NCBI GenBank assembly: GCA_965661285.1
Contig: CBFIDD010000003.1
Span: 269,161-333,160 of the forward strand
Source of the DNA: Poseidonia sp.
Lineage (GTDB): Archaea > Thermoplasmatota > Poseidoniia > Poseidoniales > Poseidoniaceae
Length of the DNA: 64,000 nucleotides
Direction of reading: 5' to 3'
A program made the translations under genes and the position numbers. Under the pieces are notes generated by a model, which did not search any database, was not told the DNA's origin, and saw only the letters and a program-made list of their open reading frames with translations. This document shows positions 9,825 to 18,673 of this stretch, piece by piece (position 1 is the first letter of the stretch; each line of letters begins with the position of its first letter).

Positions 9825-10187
9825 ATGGTCTTCACGCACGACATGGCGGACTGGCTAAGTTTCAACATCGACGAGGCATGGCTCGCCGAGAACATCTCCT
9901 GGAAGGATTTCGGCACCGGTGTGCGCCTTGGAAAGCTCAAGCGTGAGGAGAAAACCTCGCTCGTGCTCTACGAGGCCCAGTCCGACGTTGAGGTGGACGC
10001 CTTCATGCCTCACAGCCATCCGGGTGGCGAGTGCTACGTCGTCCTTGAAGGCGAAGTCTGGGACGAAGACGGCTCATATCCCACGGGCTCGATCGTTTGG
10101 ATGGACCCTGAGTCCACCCACACGCCCAAGACGCGTGGCAAGACGCTCATTCTCGTGCTTTGGCCTCAAGGTGTCAAAGCTGCTTGA
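9825..10187 (+). CDS. ChrR-like cupin domain protein
   Basis: HSHPGGECYVVLEG...DEDGSYPTGSIVWMDPESTHTP cupin motifs. Confidence 0.8.
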   Translation: MVFTHDMADWLSFNIDEAWLAENISWKDFGTGVRLGKLKREEKTSLVLYEAQSDVEVDAFMPHSHPGGECYVVLEGEVWDEDGSYPTGSIVWMDPESTHTPKTRGKTLILVLWPQGVKAA

Positions 10188-10191
10188 GGCG

Positions 10192-10515
10192 ATGCAAATG
10201 GTTCGTGAAATCATCGTCATCAAAATCAGCCAGTCGTACAGAAAGGGTATGACCCCCGATGAGCTTTACTTGGCCACCTCTCGTTCGTGGAAACTCGCTA
10301 TGGAGCGATGCAAGGATGTTCGAACTGTGCTGTGTGTCGCCGAGAACGAGGTGAAGGAAGTCTACAGCGTGGATGAGTGGATAGAATCCTCAGATGAGGG
10401 CAGAAAGGAGTTTGTTGGCAGCGTCGCCAACGAACCGCTTCGCTCTTCATGGCTCGGTCAAGACGCAACCGAAATTGCTGCAAAATACAGCCCAATTCGC
10501 TACATACCCGAGTAA
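10192..10515 (+). CDS. Hypothetical protein resembling the C-terminal domain of LEM-3-like GIY-YIG proteins
   Basis: IKISQSYRKGMTPDELYLATSRSWKL...VKEVYSVDEW...GRKEFVG. GAGG RBS after the cupin stop. The track ORF's start at 9919 overlaps the cupin and is unlikely. Confidence 0.55.
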   Translation: MQMVREIIVIKISQSYRKGMTPDELYLATSRSWKLAMERCKDVRTVLCVAENEVKEVYSVDEWIESSDEGRKEFVGSVANEPLRSSWLGQDATEIAAKYSPIRYIPE

Positions 10516-10524
10516 AGAGGCCAC

Positions 10525-10944
10525 TCAAGCTTCTGCTGCTGCTTCCTCATCGTTGAGGTGGAGGAAACCAGAAATTCCCATGGCCGCCAGCAGGGCGACC
10601 ACAACACCAAGGACAATCGGGTCGTTGTAGCCGTAATCGACAGCTTCGCCGGCCATGTAAAGCAGAACCATTACGACGATCATCGCGCCCGAGGAGGCCA
10701 TGGCGAGAATGGACAAGGGTCGACCCTTGACGACCAGGCCTGTGGTCAACGCCATGCCGGCAAAAGCCGCCGAGAAGAGGCCGAACGTTTGCTCGTAAAA
10801 CACATCACGGTCCGTGGGGTCCGGGTAGGCCGTCTCAGCTGAAGTTTCTCCGGTGAGGTAATTCATCGTGCCCAACAACAGGAAGATGACACCGAAGGCG
10901 ATGAGCCAACCCTTTGGGTTGAGGACGTTGTTCTTCCAATCCAT
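10525..10944 (-). CDS. 4-TM membrane protein, paralog 3
   Basis: Hydrophobic ORF with LNPKGWLI near the N-terminus and an NDEEAAAEA end shared with its neighbours. Confidence 0.8.
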   Translation of the reverse strand: MDWKNNVLNPKGWLIAFGVIFLLLGTMNYLTGETSAETAYPDPTDRDVFYEQTFGLFSAAFAGMALTTGLVVKGRPLSILAMASSGAMIVVMVLLYMAGEAVDYGYNDPIVLGVVVALLAAMGISGFLHLNDEEAAAEA

Positions 10945-10946
10945 GT

Positions 10947-11324
10947 TCAGGCCTCCGCAGCGGGTGCGGCGTCATCCATGTTCCAGCCCATCACGCCCGA
11001 CAGGGCAGGCAGACCCCAAAGGACGATCGGCATGATTGTCTCAGGGAAAGGAGCGGCTGGGTTACCGAGCATCTGCAGGTCAAGGGCAGCACAAACCACG
11101 AACCAGACAACGGCGGGGCCGCAAATGACGGCAGCGAGACGAGCTTGGGCTTGACCTTCGAGCATGAACGCGGCATAGAAGAGCGAGACGCTGGTGAGCG
11201 AGAAGAACCCGATGATGGCGAGTTCGTCGGTACCGTACTCCGCAAGGGAACCACCAACACCGAGGAGGGTGTGACCGAGGGCGATAACGATGAGCCAGAG
11301 TTTGGTGTTTTCAAGCGCGTTCAT
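10947..11324 (-). CDS. 4-TM membrane protein, paralog 2
   Basis: LENTKLWLI N-terminus, NMDDAAPAAEA end, and 2-nt spacers to both neighbours. Confidence 0.8.
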   Translation of the reverse strand: MNALENTKLWLIVIALGHTLLGVGGSLAEYGTDELAIIGFFSLTSVSLFYAAFMLEGQAQARLAAVICGPAVVWFVVCAALDLQMLGNPAAPFPETIMPIVLWGLPALSGVMGWNMDDAAPAAEA

Positions 11325-11326
11325 CT

Positions 11327-11767
11327 TCAGGCCTCAGTAGCAGGTGCTTCGTCATCGTTCATGTGCATGTAGCCAGAGGCCGTCAACGCGATGAGCACCA
11401 CAAAGAGTGGGGCAGCTTGTGCCATGGGAACCTCGTAGCCGTTGCTGTTCGATACGGTCAACAAGACGAGGAAGGTGACGATGAACGTCAAACCGGCGGT
11501 CAGCGCCATCTTGGCCCGGTCAGAGCCGGAGAGGAGGAGACCGGAAGCGATGGCCAAGATGCCGTAAGGAATACCAAAGATCCCCCAGCCTTCTTCGTAG
11601 CCAGTTGCAATGGCGAGTTCTTGCGCTGAGAGTGCGCCGTATTCTGTTTCCAGTGCCGCTGTGGCGGTATCGCCGGCCATGGCGTAGTTCATGATGCTGA
11701 ACAGTATGTTGACAATTCCTACACCAATGAGCCATCCTTTCGGGTTGAGTATATTTTTTGCATCCAT
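11327..11767 (-). CDS. 4-TM membrane protein, paralog 1
   Basis: LNPKGWLI near the N-terminus, NDDEAPATEA end, and an AT-rich promoter-like region upstream. Confidence 0.8.
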   Translation of the reverse strand: MDAKNILNPKGWLIGVGIVNILFSIMNYAMAGDTATAALETEYGALSAQELAIATGYEEGWGIFGIPYGILAIASGLLLSGSDRAKMALTAGLTFIVTFLVLLTVSNSNGYEVPMAQAAPLFVVLIALTASGYMHMNDDEAPATEA

Positions 11768-11839
11768 TTTATCACTTTTAAAGAGAGATGGGTTATCTCC
11801 TTTATAGTCTTGCCCTAAAACAAGTCAATATATACCGAA

Positions 11840-12127
11840 TTATTTCGGGTCATATTCTCCGCCCGAGAGCAGGCCTTCAAACAAAAACGGCCCTGCCGGC
11901 ACCACCGCAGCGATGAAGCCGTGAATCAGCGCCGTGCTCGTCCAGTGCTTGCCCACGCCCATGAGCAGCAGGCCAACATAAGCCACGAACAGACCGCCGT
12001 GAAGCGAGCCGAACAGCGAGACCATTTCGGGCTCACCAGCGATGTACTTGAGCGGCATCGCGTAGAACATCAAGATGAGGAAGGAAAAGCCTTCCAAGTA
12101 GCCGACCAAGGTCACCCAGCGCTTCAC
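11840..12127 (-). CDS. DUF3817-family membrane protein
   Basis: EGFSFLILMFYAMPLKY...GSLHGGLFVAY...AAVVPAGPF. GTGA overlap with the ATPase stop. Confidence 0.8.
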   Translation of the reverse strand: MKRWVTLVGYLEGFSFLILMFYAMPLKYIAGEPEMVSLFGSLHGGLFVAYVGLLLMGVGKHWTSTALIHGFIAAVVPAGPFLFEGLLSGGEYDPK

Positions 12128-13104
12128 GCCTTGACCTCGACCATCGGTCTACTTGAACCGCACGAGGGGCATTCCTGGTCGTCGCTCTCGCCGTAATCGT
12201 GCTTGCAGGCTGGACATGCCGAAGCCAGCTCCATCTTCCCCATGGCTTCCACGGCCTCGCCCTGAAGGGAGAGGTAACCGCTGTTGACGTTGCCCACGGT
12301 GTAGCGACCCGCACCACCAAGTCGGACCAAAAGGTCGGGCGGCAGCGTGACGGTTCCGGTTTCGTCGATGATCAACTCACGGTCCTCACTGAGGTTCTCA
12401 ACGTCCACCCCTTCGCCGTGTTCGGCGACGAAGCGGCCGTCCCGCAATTCAAGCGAGCGGTTGGCGAAGGCTGCGACTTCCTTCGAATGGGTCACGATCA
12501 GGAAGGACACCCCATCGTTTTGGTGCAGGTCCTTGAACAGGGCCAGGACTTCGCGGCTGGTGACCGGGTCGAGCGCACCGGTCGGCTCGTCTGCCAAAAT
12601 GAGGCGAGGTTGCGTGATGAGGGCCCGAGCGATGGCCACTCGTTGCTGCTCACCGCCGCTCAGCATGGCTGGCAGGGCGTTGATGCGGTGACCCATGCCC
12701 AGGCGTGTTAGCATGGCGTCGGCCAGAGCGAGGGCTTTCTTCGACGACACACCTTGGTGGCGAAGCGGCTGGGCGACGTTGTCTCGGGCGTTCAAATCGG
12801 GCAGGAGATTTCCTTCCTGGAAGATGAACGAAACCGTCTTTTGGCGCAGTTCAACCAGTTCTTGACCGGTCAAACGGGTCATGTTCTTGCCCGACAACCT
12901 GACCGAGCCAGCGCTGGGTTTCATCAGGCCGCCAAGGCACTTCATGAGGGTGGATTTTCCTGAACCCGAAGGGCCGACCACGGCGATGGCCTCGCCGGCC
13001 TTCATGTCGATGTGAAGACCACGAAGCGCCACGACGTTGCCGTCCTCGGCTTTGGATTCGTAGACGTGGTAGAGGCCGTCAGCATGCAGAATCGTGTCGC
13101 TCAT
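12124..13104 (-). CDS. ABC transporter ATP-binding protein (LolD/MacB-like) with C-terminal extension and zinc ribbon
   Basis: GPSGSGKS, LSGGEQQR, ADEPTG, VTH, and C-terminal CPAC...CPSC. Start placed at MSDTIL. Confidence 0.9.
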   Translation of the reverse strand: MSDTILHADGLYHVYESKAEDGNVVALRGLHIDMKAGEAIAVVGPSGSGKSTLMKCLGGLMKPSAGSVRLSGKNMTRLTGQELVELRQKTVSFIFQEGNLLPDLNARDNVAQPLRHQGVSSKKALALADAMLTRLGMGHRINALPAMLSGGEQQRVAIARALITQPRLILADEPTGALDPVTSREVLALFKDLHQNDGVSFLIVTHSKEVAAFANRSLELRDGRFVAEHGEGVDVENLSEDRELIIDETGTVTLPPDLLVRLGGAGRYTVGNVNSGYLSLQGEAVEAMGKMELASACPACKHDYGESDDQECPSCGSSRPMVEVKA

Positions 13105-13106
13105 CT

Positions 13107-16100
13107 TCACTCCCCCTTCAGCACGCTGGCCAAGTCCGCCTTCAGCGCCCGACGTGTCGTCACCAACAACGCCACCACAACAGCTGCAAACACCGCCAAG
13201 GACACCATGATGATCTGGGTCCACGGGTAAACCAGCGTCCGTTGGATGGTGGTGGTGGAACCACCGAAGATTTGGAAGATGAAGCCGAAGATGTCAAAGA
13301 AACCGTTGAACGACAGCGCCAGACCAACACCAAGCACGATACCGAGCGCCATGGAGACCATCACGATGGAAAGAATCTCGAACAGCACGAGGCGAATGAT
13401 TTGGTTGGGCGAAGCCCCAATCGCCTGCAACACCGCCAGTTCTTTCTGACGCTGGCTGAGCACGAGGGACAGGAACACGAAGCTCGAGGCGACCGCTGCC
13501 ACGCTGGCGACGACGAACTGCAACGAGAGCAGACCGGGCGTACCGAAAATCAGTCCGCCGTTGCGCTCCACGTCCTTGTGGGTGCTCGACCAGTCAACCA
13601 CCGAGGAGACCCGTGCATCGGCCGAAACCTGGGAGGCGAGCGACTCGAGGGCGTCGCCTTCCACGCCGTCGACGCGGACAATCCACGTCGTGGAGGTGTA
13701 ATTGGTCGCTGCATCGGCACCGACGAGGGAAATCCATGCGTCCTCACCGATGATAAGCGCAGAGGAAATGGTGGCCGCACTCACGCCAGGAATGTATTCG
13801 TGGGTGCCCATGTAGTACATGTTCGTGGTGTAGGGCGTGACGATGATGCGAACGGTCGTGTCGGCCAAGAACAGGTCCGAAGCCAGCGGCGGTGGAATCT
13901 GGGAAGGACCTGACAAACAGCCCGTTTCGTCCGCAGAGGAACCGTCGGGACAGGTCGCGTTGGTGAGCGTGGCCCCGGAGAGGTCGAAGAAACCGAACAT
14001 GCCTTCCATGTTGGCATCGGTCAAGTCAGCGCCTTCGAGCGAGCCGCCCATGAAGTTCACCAGTACGGTGTTCTGCAGGTTCGCACCCCGCAGGTCAGCA
14101 CCGGTCAAGTTCGCGTCCCAGAGAATGGATTCGCTCAGGTTCACGCCCGCCAAGTCGGCGTAAGAGAGGTTGCTTCCCGAGAGGTCAATGCGGCTGATGT
14201 CGCGCCCCGAGAGGTCTTGATTGGCGAGGTTCACGTCAGACCAATCGCTGTCCATCAGGAGGGTGTAGGCAAGGAAGAGCGTCTCGACATCGGGCTCCTC
14301 GGTACCGCCGGTGGCGAAGTCAAAGTCGATCTTCTCCCAAACGAAGGTAATGGTCTCGGACTTGTCGTCGCTGGCCTTGAGCAGTACGTCGTTGAGTTCG
14401 TTCTCGTCCCCACCGCGGTCGGAGCCCGGCAGGTCGAGGGAATAGGCAGCGTCGGGACCGGCGCTGAACCCACCGGCGGCGTAGGCGTTGAGCGTGGCGC
14501 CGATGTCTTCACCGGGCAAGGCTTGTTCGCTCCATTTGAGCACATCGCCGTTACCATCGAACAACACGTAGGTCTGCAGCGCATCCCCCCCGTTTTGATC
14601 GCTCAGCGTCAACTCGGACACGCTGGTGGCGACCGGCGTGGTCTTCCCGTCGGTGAACTCACCGAGCAGGGCCAAAGCGGCGGCCTCGTCGATGGGTTGC
14701 TCAAGGGTGATTTGGAGGTCGGAGCCGACCGTGGCGTCCACGGTCTTCTCGTCCACGAGCGTCCCGGTGTAGCCTTGAACGGCGGCCAGGGTCACGATGG
14801 AGAGCGTCAAGAGCATGATGACAGCGAGCCGGTTCACCGATTCAGCCGAGCCAGAACCCTTGAGGCCGCGCTTGACATCCTTGAGCAGCGGCGTGCGGCC
14901 AAAGAGCACCTGCATGATTTGCGGACCTTTGGCGCCGATACGGCCGAGCAGCAAGGCACCGCCAATCCACAAGGCAAAGGGCCCGAAGATGCCGATGAGG
15001 CCTTCGATGAAGAAGTTGGAAACGAGACCGTCCTCGCTGCCGTTGGCCTCCAGCCATGTATCGCCCACGGCAAGCATCCCGAACAGGAAGGCCAGCCAGT
15101 GAAGCCAGCGCTTGGGTTCGGCAGCGGCCGAGGTTTTGCGTACGCCCTCTTCGATTTCAAGTTCGATGAACTGGCGCGCTCGGCTGCGACCAAAGAGCAA
15201 GGCAAGCCCCAGCGTGGTGACGGCCGTGAAGATGGTGGAGCCCACCGAGAGCGTGGGATTGACGTCAAAGTCGCCGGTTCTGAACTCCATGAAGCCGACC
15301 GCAGAGAGGACGATGGGCACGGCCAGAAGCGCCAGCAGGTAGCCGACGAGCCACGCCACCGAGGACATGACGAAGAGTTCCAGCAGCACCATGCCCTGCA
15401 AGCGCTGCCCGTCCGCACCGATGACCCGGTGGATGCTGACCTCACGGCGGCGTTGCTCGAGCGAGAGCACCAGCCCGTAGATTAGCACGGAAATGGAGAG
15501 GAAGACGATGGGAATCATGATGATGTAATCGAAAATCTGGATCAAACCGAGGAAGATGTTCAGGAAGGTGATGGTCCCGCTGATGATATCGGTGTAGTAC
15601 AGCTCGACCTCCTCGTCGGTGTAGGTGCCGTCCTGCACTTGGGTACCCAAGTTCTCAAGCCACTCGGCGGCGTCGGCGGTTGAGGAAGTGGGCAGGGCCC
15701 CACGGTCAATGGTGACCCCCAGGTACATGTGGTCGTAATCCATCAGGGTCGCTCGCTGGGTTTCTTCCATCACGGTCCACGTGGAAAAGATGGGGTTGAA
15801 CGGTAGCGTCGGGTTGCCGAAGGGCCAGGGCTCGTAGATGCCCATCACGGTCAGGTTTTCGACGGTCATCGTCATACGGCAGTAAATCATCTCGTTGTTT
15901 TCCGGCGTGATTTCACCCGCACAATTGTCCTCGGTCACCGTGCCCTCAAGCAGGGTGGATTCGTCCACGACGTAGACGAAGTTCAGCGATTCGAGCACGT
16001 CGCCCACGTTGGCTTGGGCTTCGCTGGCGATGGTGGACGGCAGGATAATGCCACGGTTTTCGGACATGTTCTCCGGCGTTGGCCACTCGCCCAGTCCAGC

Positions 16101-16730
16101 GATGATGTTCTCACTCAGTCGGTTGGCCAATTCGCCGTCAAAGGCCTCGGGACCGAGGAAACGGATGGCACGCTTATCGGAAATGGGCGGGCCGGCGTCG
16201 GCGGCTTCGGGATAGTCGAAGGTGACGTTGCTCCAGTAGGGGTTCTCGTCGTCCACGATGGTCCGCATTTCAAGCGGCTGCGCGACAACGAAATCCAAAT
16301 TGAAGAAGCCCCCGCTGTGAATCCCTTGCCGTCCGAGCACAAGGGTACAGTCGTTGAATTCGGTCGAGAATTCCGTTAGCAATTCATCGCACACACCGGT
16401 CATGGTCGTGGTGTTGTTCGACCAACCCGTGCCGTTTTCTACCGGCGTGCGGGCGTATTCGATCTTGGCGTCAAAGGGCTCGGATTTGAGCGATTCTTCG
16501 AAGAAGAGTTGCGACAATCCGACGCCGTACGCGAGCACCGTCGTGATGACGAGGGAAGCGAGGAAGACACCGGCGATGACGGCGAGACCACGCTCTCGTC
16601 CGCGCCAGGCACCTTGCGCGGCCAGACGAAGCGAGCTGGGGAGTTCGACCACTTTGTGTTGAATTCGGCGAAGACGGGAGCGGTCGGTGGCGAAGTCGGA
16701 CGGAACGAGTTCCTTTGGCTCGGTGCTCAT
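13107..16730 (-). CDS. FtsX/MacB-type ABC permease (two permease halves) with pentapeptide-repeat insertion
   Basis: QRRREVSIHRVIGA and QRQKELAVLQAIGAS permease motifs, with two large extracytoplasmic domains. Confidence 0.9.
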   Translation of the reverse strand: MSTEPKELVPSDFATDRSRLRRIQHKVVELPSSLRLAAQGAWRGRERGLAVIAGVFLASLVITTVLAYGVGLSQLFFEESLKSEPFDAKIEYARTPVENGTGWSNNTTTMTGVCDELLTEFSTEFNDCTLVLGRQGIHSGGFFNLDFVVAQPLEMRTIVDDENPYWSNVTFDYPEAADAGPPISDKRAIRFLGPEAFDGELANRLSENIIAGLGEWPTPENMSENRGIILPSTIASEAQANVGDVLESLNFVYVVDESTLLEGTVTEDNCAGEITPENNEMIYCRMTMTVENLTVMGIYEPWPFGNPTLPFNPIFSTWTVMEETQRATLMDYDHMYLGVTIDRGALPTSSTADAAEWLENLGTQVQDGTYTDEEVELYYTDIISGTITFLNIFLGLIQIFDYIIMIPIVFLSISVLIYGLVLSLEQRRREVSIHRVIGADGQRLQGMVLLELFVMSSVAWLVGYLLALLAVPIVLSAVGFMEFRTGDFDVNPTLSVGSTIFTAVTTLGLALLFGRSRARQFIELEIEEGVRKTSAAAEPKRWLHWLAFLFGMLAVGDTWLEANGSEDGLVSNFFIEGLIGIFGPFALWIGGALLLGRIGAKGPQIMQVLFGRTPLLKDVKRGLKGSGSAESVNRLAVIMLLTLSIVTLAAVQGYTGTLVDEKTVDATVGSDLQITLEQPIDEAAALALLGEFTDGKTTPVATSVSELTLSDQNGGDALQTYVLFDGNGDVLKWSEQALPGEDIGATLNAYAAGGFSAGPDAAYSLDLPGSDRGGDENELNDVLLKASDDKSETITFVWEKIDFDFATGGTEEPDVETLFLAYTLLMDSDWSDVNLANQDLSGRDISRIDLSGSNLSYADLAGVNLSESILWDANLTGADLRGANLQNTVLVNFMGGSLEGADLTDANMEGMFGFFDLSGATLTNATCPDGSSADETGCLSGPSQIPPPLASDLFLADTTVRIIVTPYTTNMYYMGTHEYIPGVSAATISSALIIGEDAWISLVGADAATNYTSTTWIVRVDGVEGDALESLASQVSADARVSSVVDWSSTHKDVERNGGLIFGTPGLLSLQFVVASVAAVASSFVFLSLVLSQRQKELAVLQAIGASPNQIIRLVLFEILSIVMVSMALGIVLGVGLALSFNGFFDIFGFIFQIFGGSTTTIQRTLVYPWTQIIMVSLAVFAAVVVALLVTTRRALKADLASVLKGE
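13915..14245 (-). repeat. Pentapeptide repeat coding region within the permease
   Basis: VNLAN QDLSG RDISR IDLSG SNLSY ADLAG VNLSE SILWD ANLTG ADLRG ANLQN ... ADLTD ANMEG ... ATLTN ATCPDG. Boundaries approximate. Confidence 0.85.
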
Positions 16731-17521
16731 TCTTCTTCCCCTCCTTCGTCTGCGGGCTCTTCGTCGGCAGATTCCCCGTCTGCCTCCCCAACCACCGGCG
16801 CCTCATCGGCGTCTTCCTCATCCTCAAGGCCCCAAGCCGAGCGGATGTCGGAAGCCTCTGTTTTGCCGTCGTTCAGCAACAGCATGCGGTCGGCGTTGGA
16901 CGCCAAGTCGGGATCGTGAGTAACCATGAGAATGGAAATCGGGTTCTCTTCGTCATGGCAGAGTTCCTTGAACAATGTCATGACCTCCTTGCCGCTGGCG
17001 ATGTCAAGGTTGCCCGTGGGCTCGTCAGCCAGCAAAACAGGACGATTGCCAGCAATGGCACGGGCGATGGCGACCCGCTGCTGTTGACCGCCCGAGAGTT
17101 GGTCGGGAATGAAGTGCATGCGGTCGCCCAAACCGACTTTTTCCAGCGCCGTTCGGGCCGCTGCTTCCGCTTCGCCGGACGACATGCCGGAGAGTTCGAG
17201 GGCCATGGCGACGTTGTCCACCGCGGTCAGGTTGTCGAGCAGATGGAAATCTTGGAAGATCCAACCGACGAGTTCACGACGGACATCGACCACGTTGGAA
17301 GGCCCTCGCAAGCCGTAGGAGCGCTTGCCCAGCGTGATGGTGCCGCTATCACCAGCGAGCAGCCCGCCGATGATGTTGAGCAGGGTGGACTTGCCAGACC
17401 CGGACGGCCCCATCAGGGCGACCATTTCGCCCTGCTTGATGTCCATGTCTACGCCCTTGAGGACCTGGAGTTTGTTGGAGCCGGAACCGAACGCTTTGGT
17501 GAGTCCTTCAACTGATAACAT
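16727..17521 (-). CDS. ABC transporter ATP-binding protein (LolD-like)
   Basis: GPSGSGKS, LSGGQQQR, ADEPTG and an acidic tail. ATGA overlap with the permease. Confidence 0.92.
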   Translation of the reverse strand: MLSVEGLTKAFGSGSNKLQVLKGVDMDIKQGEMVALMGPSGSGKSTLLNIIGGLLAGDSGTITLGKRSYGLRGPSNVVDVRRELVGWIFQDFHLLDNLTAVDNVAMALELSGMSSGEAEAAARTALEKVGLGDRMHFIPDQLSGGQQQRVAIARAIAGNRPVLLADEPTGNLDIASGKEVMTLFKELCHDEENPISILMVTHDPDLASNADRMLLLNDGKTEASDIRSAWGLEDEEDADEAPVVGEADGESADEEPADEGGEEE

Positions 17522-17546
17522 CCCGGCACCTTTCGTATCAATGGGC

Positions 17547-17553
17547 CTTGAAG
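17547..17553 (-). promoter_or_regulatory. Putative TATA-like box CTTCAAG of the ABC operon
   Basis: Lies 26-32 nt upstream of ATG 17521. Confidence 0.5.
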
Positions 17554-17700
17554 GTGTATATCAACCGATGTTTGGATAACCCATCCAGTGGTCATGATTT
17601 AGCAAAGCGTTGCTACCGAATTTGGGGACCTCGTCTTCACCGTACGAACATGAAATTCGTCGGCGAAACCATCAAGAAAAAAAACCCATCATCGTAAAGC

Positions 17701-18288
17701 GTGGCCCCCAGTCCTACCCTTGATGCCGAAGTCGAAAAGTTGGTCCGGCTTGGCTACGACCGCGACAAGGCTGTCGTCATGGCGGCCGCCGTTGTTGAGA
17801 AAGAAGAGACGGCCCAAACCATCGCCGTCGCTCCATCACAACGGGTAGGGGGCGTGCTTATGGGCATCTTCCTGATGACATTCGGTCTCCCTTTCATCCT
17901 TCTCCCAGCCACGATTTGGACAGAAATTGGCAGCAGCGGCGGATTTGATTTGTTGTTGATTTGCTTCCCGATTCCGTTCATCATGGCGGGAGCATTTGTC
18001 ATGTTCATGGGAGGCAACCTGCTCATCATGGCTCTCAAAGGCGAAACCCCAACAGGTCCGAGTTGGAGTGGTGATGACGGCTCGAGCTTCTCACCTACCT
18101 CGGGACAACGTCCCATTGCGAACATCGGTGCGTACGATTCCTCAGCCTTCCCTTCAATGGAGGACATCGCGGGTCAGCAACAGGAAGACCTGCTTCCTGA
18201 TTTCCCTGATGGTGCCTCCGCCCCGGAAGCCGTGGCCAAAGATGCAGGCTCGTTTTGGGGCGACATCAACAAAAAGAACGGTTCTTAG
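17701..18288 (+). CDS. Hypothetical membrane protein (2 TM)
   Basis: Two hydrophobic segments. CATCAAG promoter-like motif 25-31 nt upstream of the GTG. Confidence 0.65.
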   Translation: MAPSPTLDAEVEKLVRLGYDRDKAVVMAAAVVEKEETAQTIAVAPSQRVGGVLMGIFLMTFGLPFILLPATIWTEIGSSGGFDLLLICFPIPFIMAGAFVMFMGGNLLIMALKGETPTGPSWSGDDGSSFSPTSGQRPIANIGAYDSSAFPSMEDIAGQQQEDLLPDFPDGASAPEAVAKDAGSFWGDINKKNGS

Positions 18289-18365
18289 GCCCTTTTTGCA
18301 AGTCCCCAATAGAAAATTTTTGATATTTCTGCAGAAATTGCCCGTCCGTGGAACGACAATAAAGC

Positions 18366-18671
18366 ATGTGGCAATTGATTCCATCCCTCGGCTTAACCTT
18401 CGCTACCTTGGGTATAGCGATTCGTTCGGTGTTGGGATTGGTGAATTCGCTGAACGAAAAGAATCTCGCTTCTCAAATCACGGATATCGCAGAATATGCT
18501 GTGTCAACGTTTGTTGCCGTGTTCGTGGTGCTGTATGGGCTGCGGTGGACTGGAAAGGTCATCAAAGGAGAGTACACGGGGTTTGATTGGAACATCACGT
18601 TTGAGGCTACTCCGACACCGGGTTCTGACGAAGACGATCCGTTCCATTACCTTCCGGATGATGATGTTTAG
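18366..18671 (+). CDS. Hypothetical membrane protein
   Basis: 101 aa with two hydrophobic segments and an acidic tail. Ends 2 nt from the alkB stop. Confidence 0.55.
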   Translation: MWQLIPSLGLTFATLGIAIRSVLGLVNSLNEKNLASQITDIAEYAVSTFVAVFVVLYGLRWTGKVIKGEYTGFDWNITFEATPTPGSDEDDPFHYLPDDDV

Positions 18672-18673
18672 AT

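Noticed and set aside
14217-15485. 422-aa plus-strand ORF
   Set aside because: Antisense to the ABC permease. Stop-free shadow frames are expected with GC3-rich codon usage.
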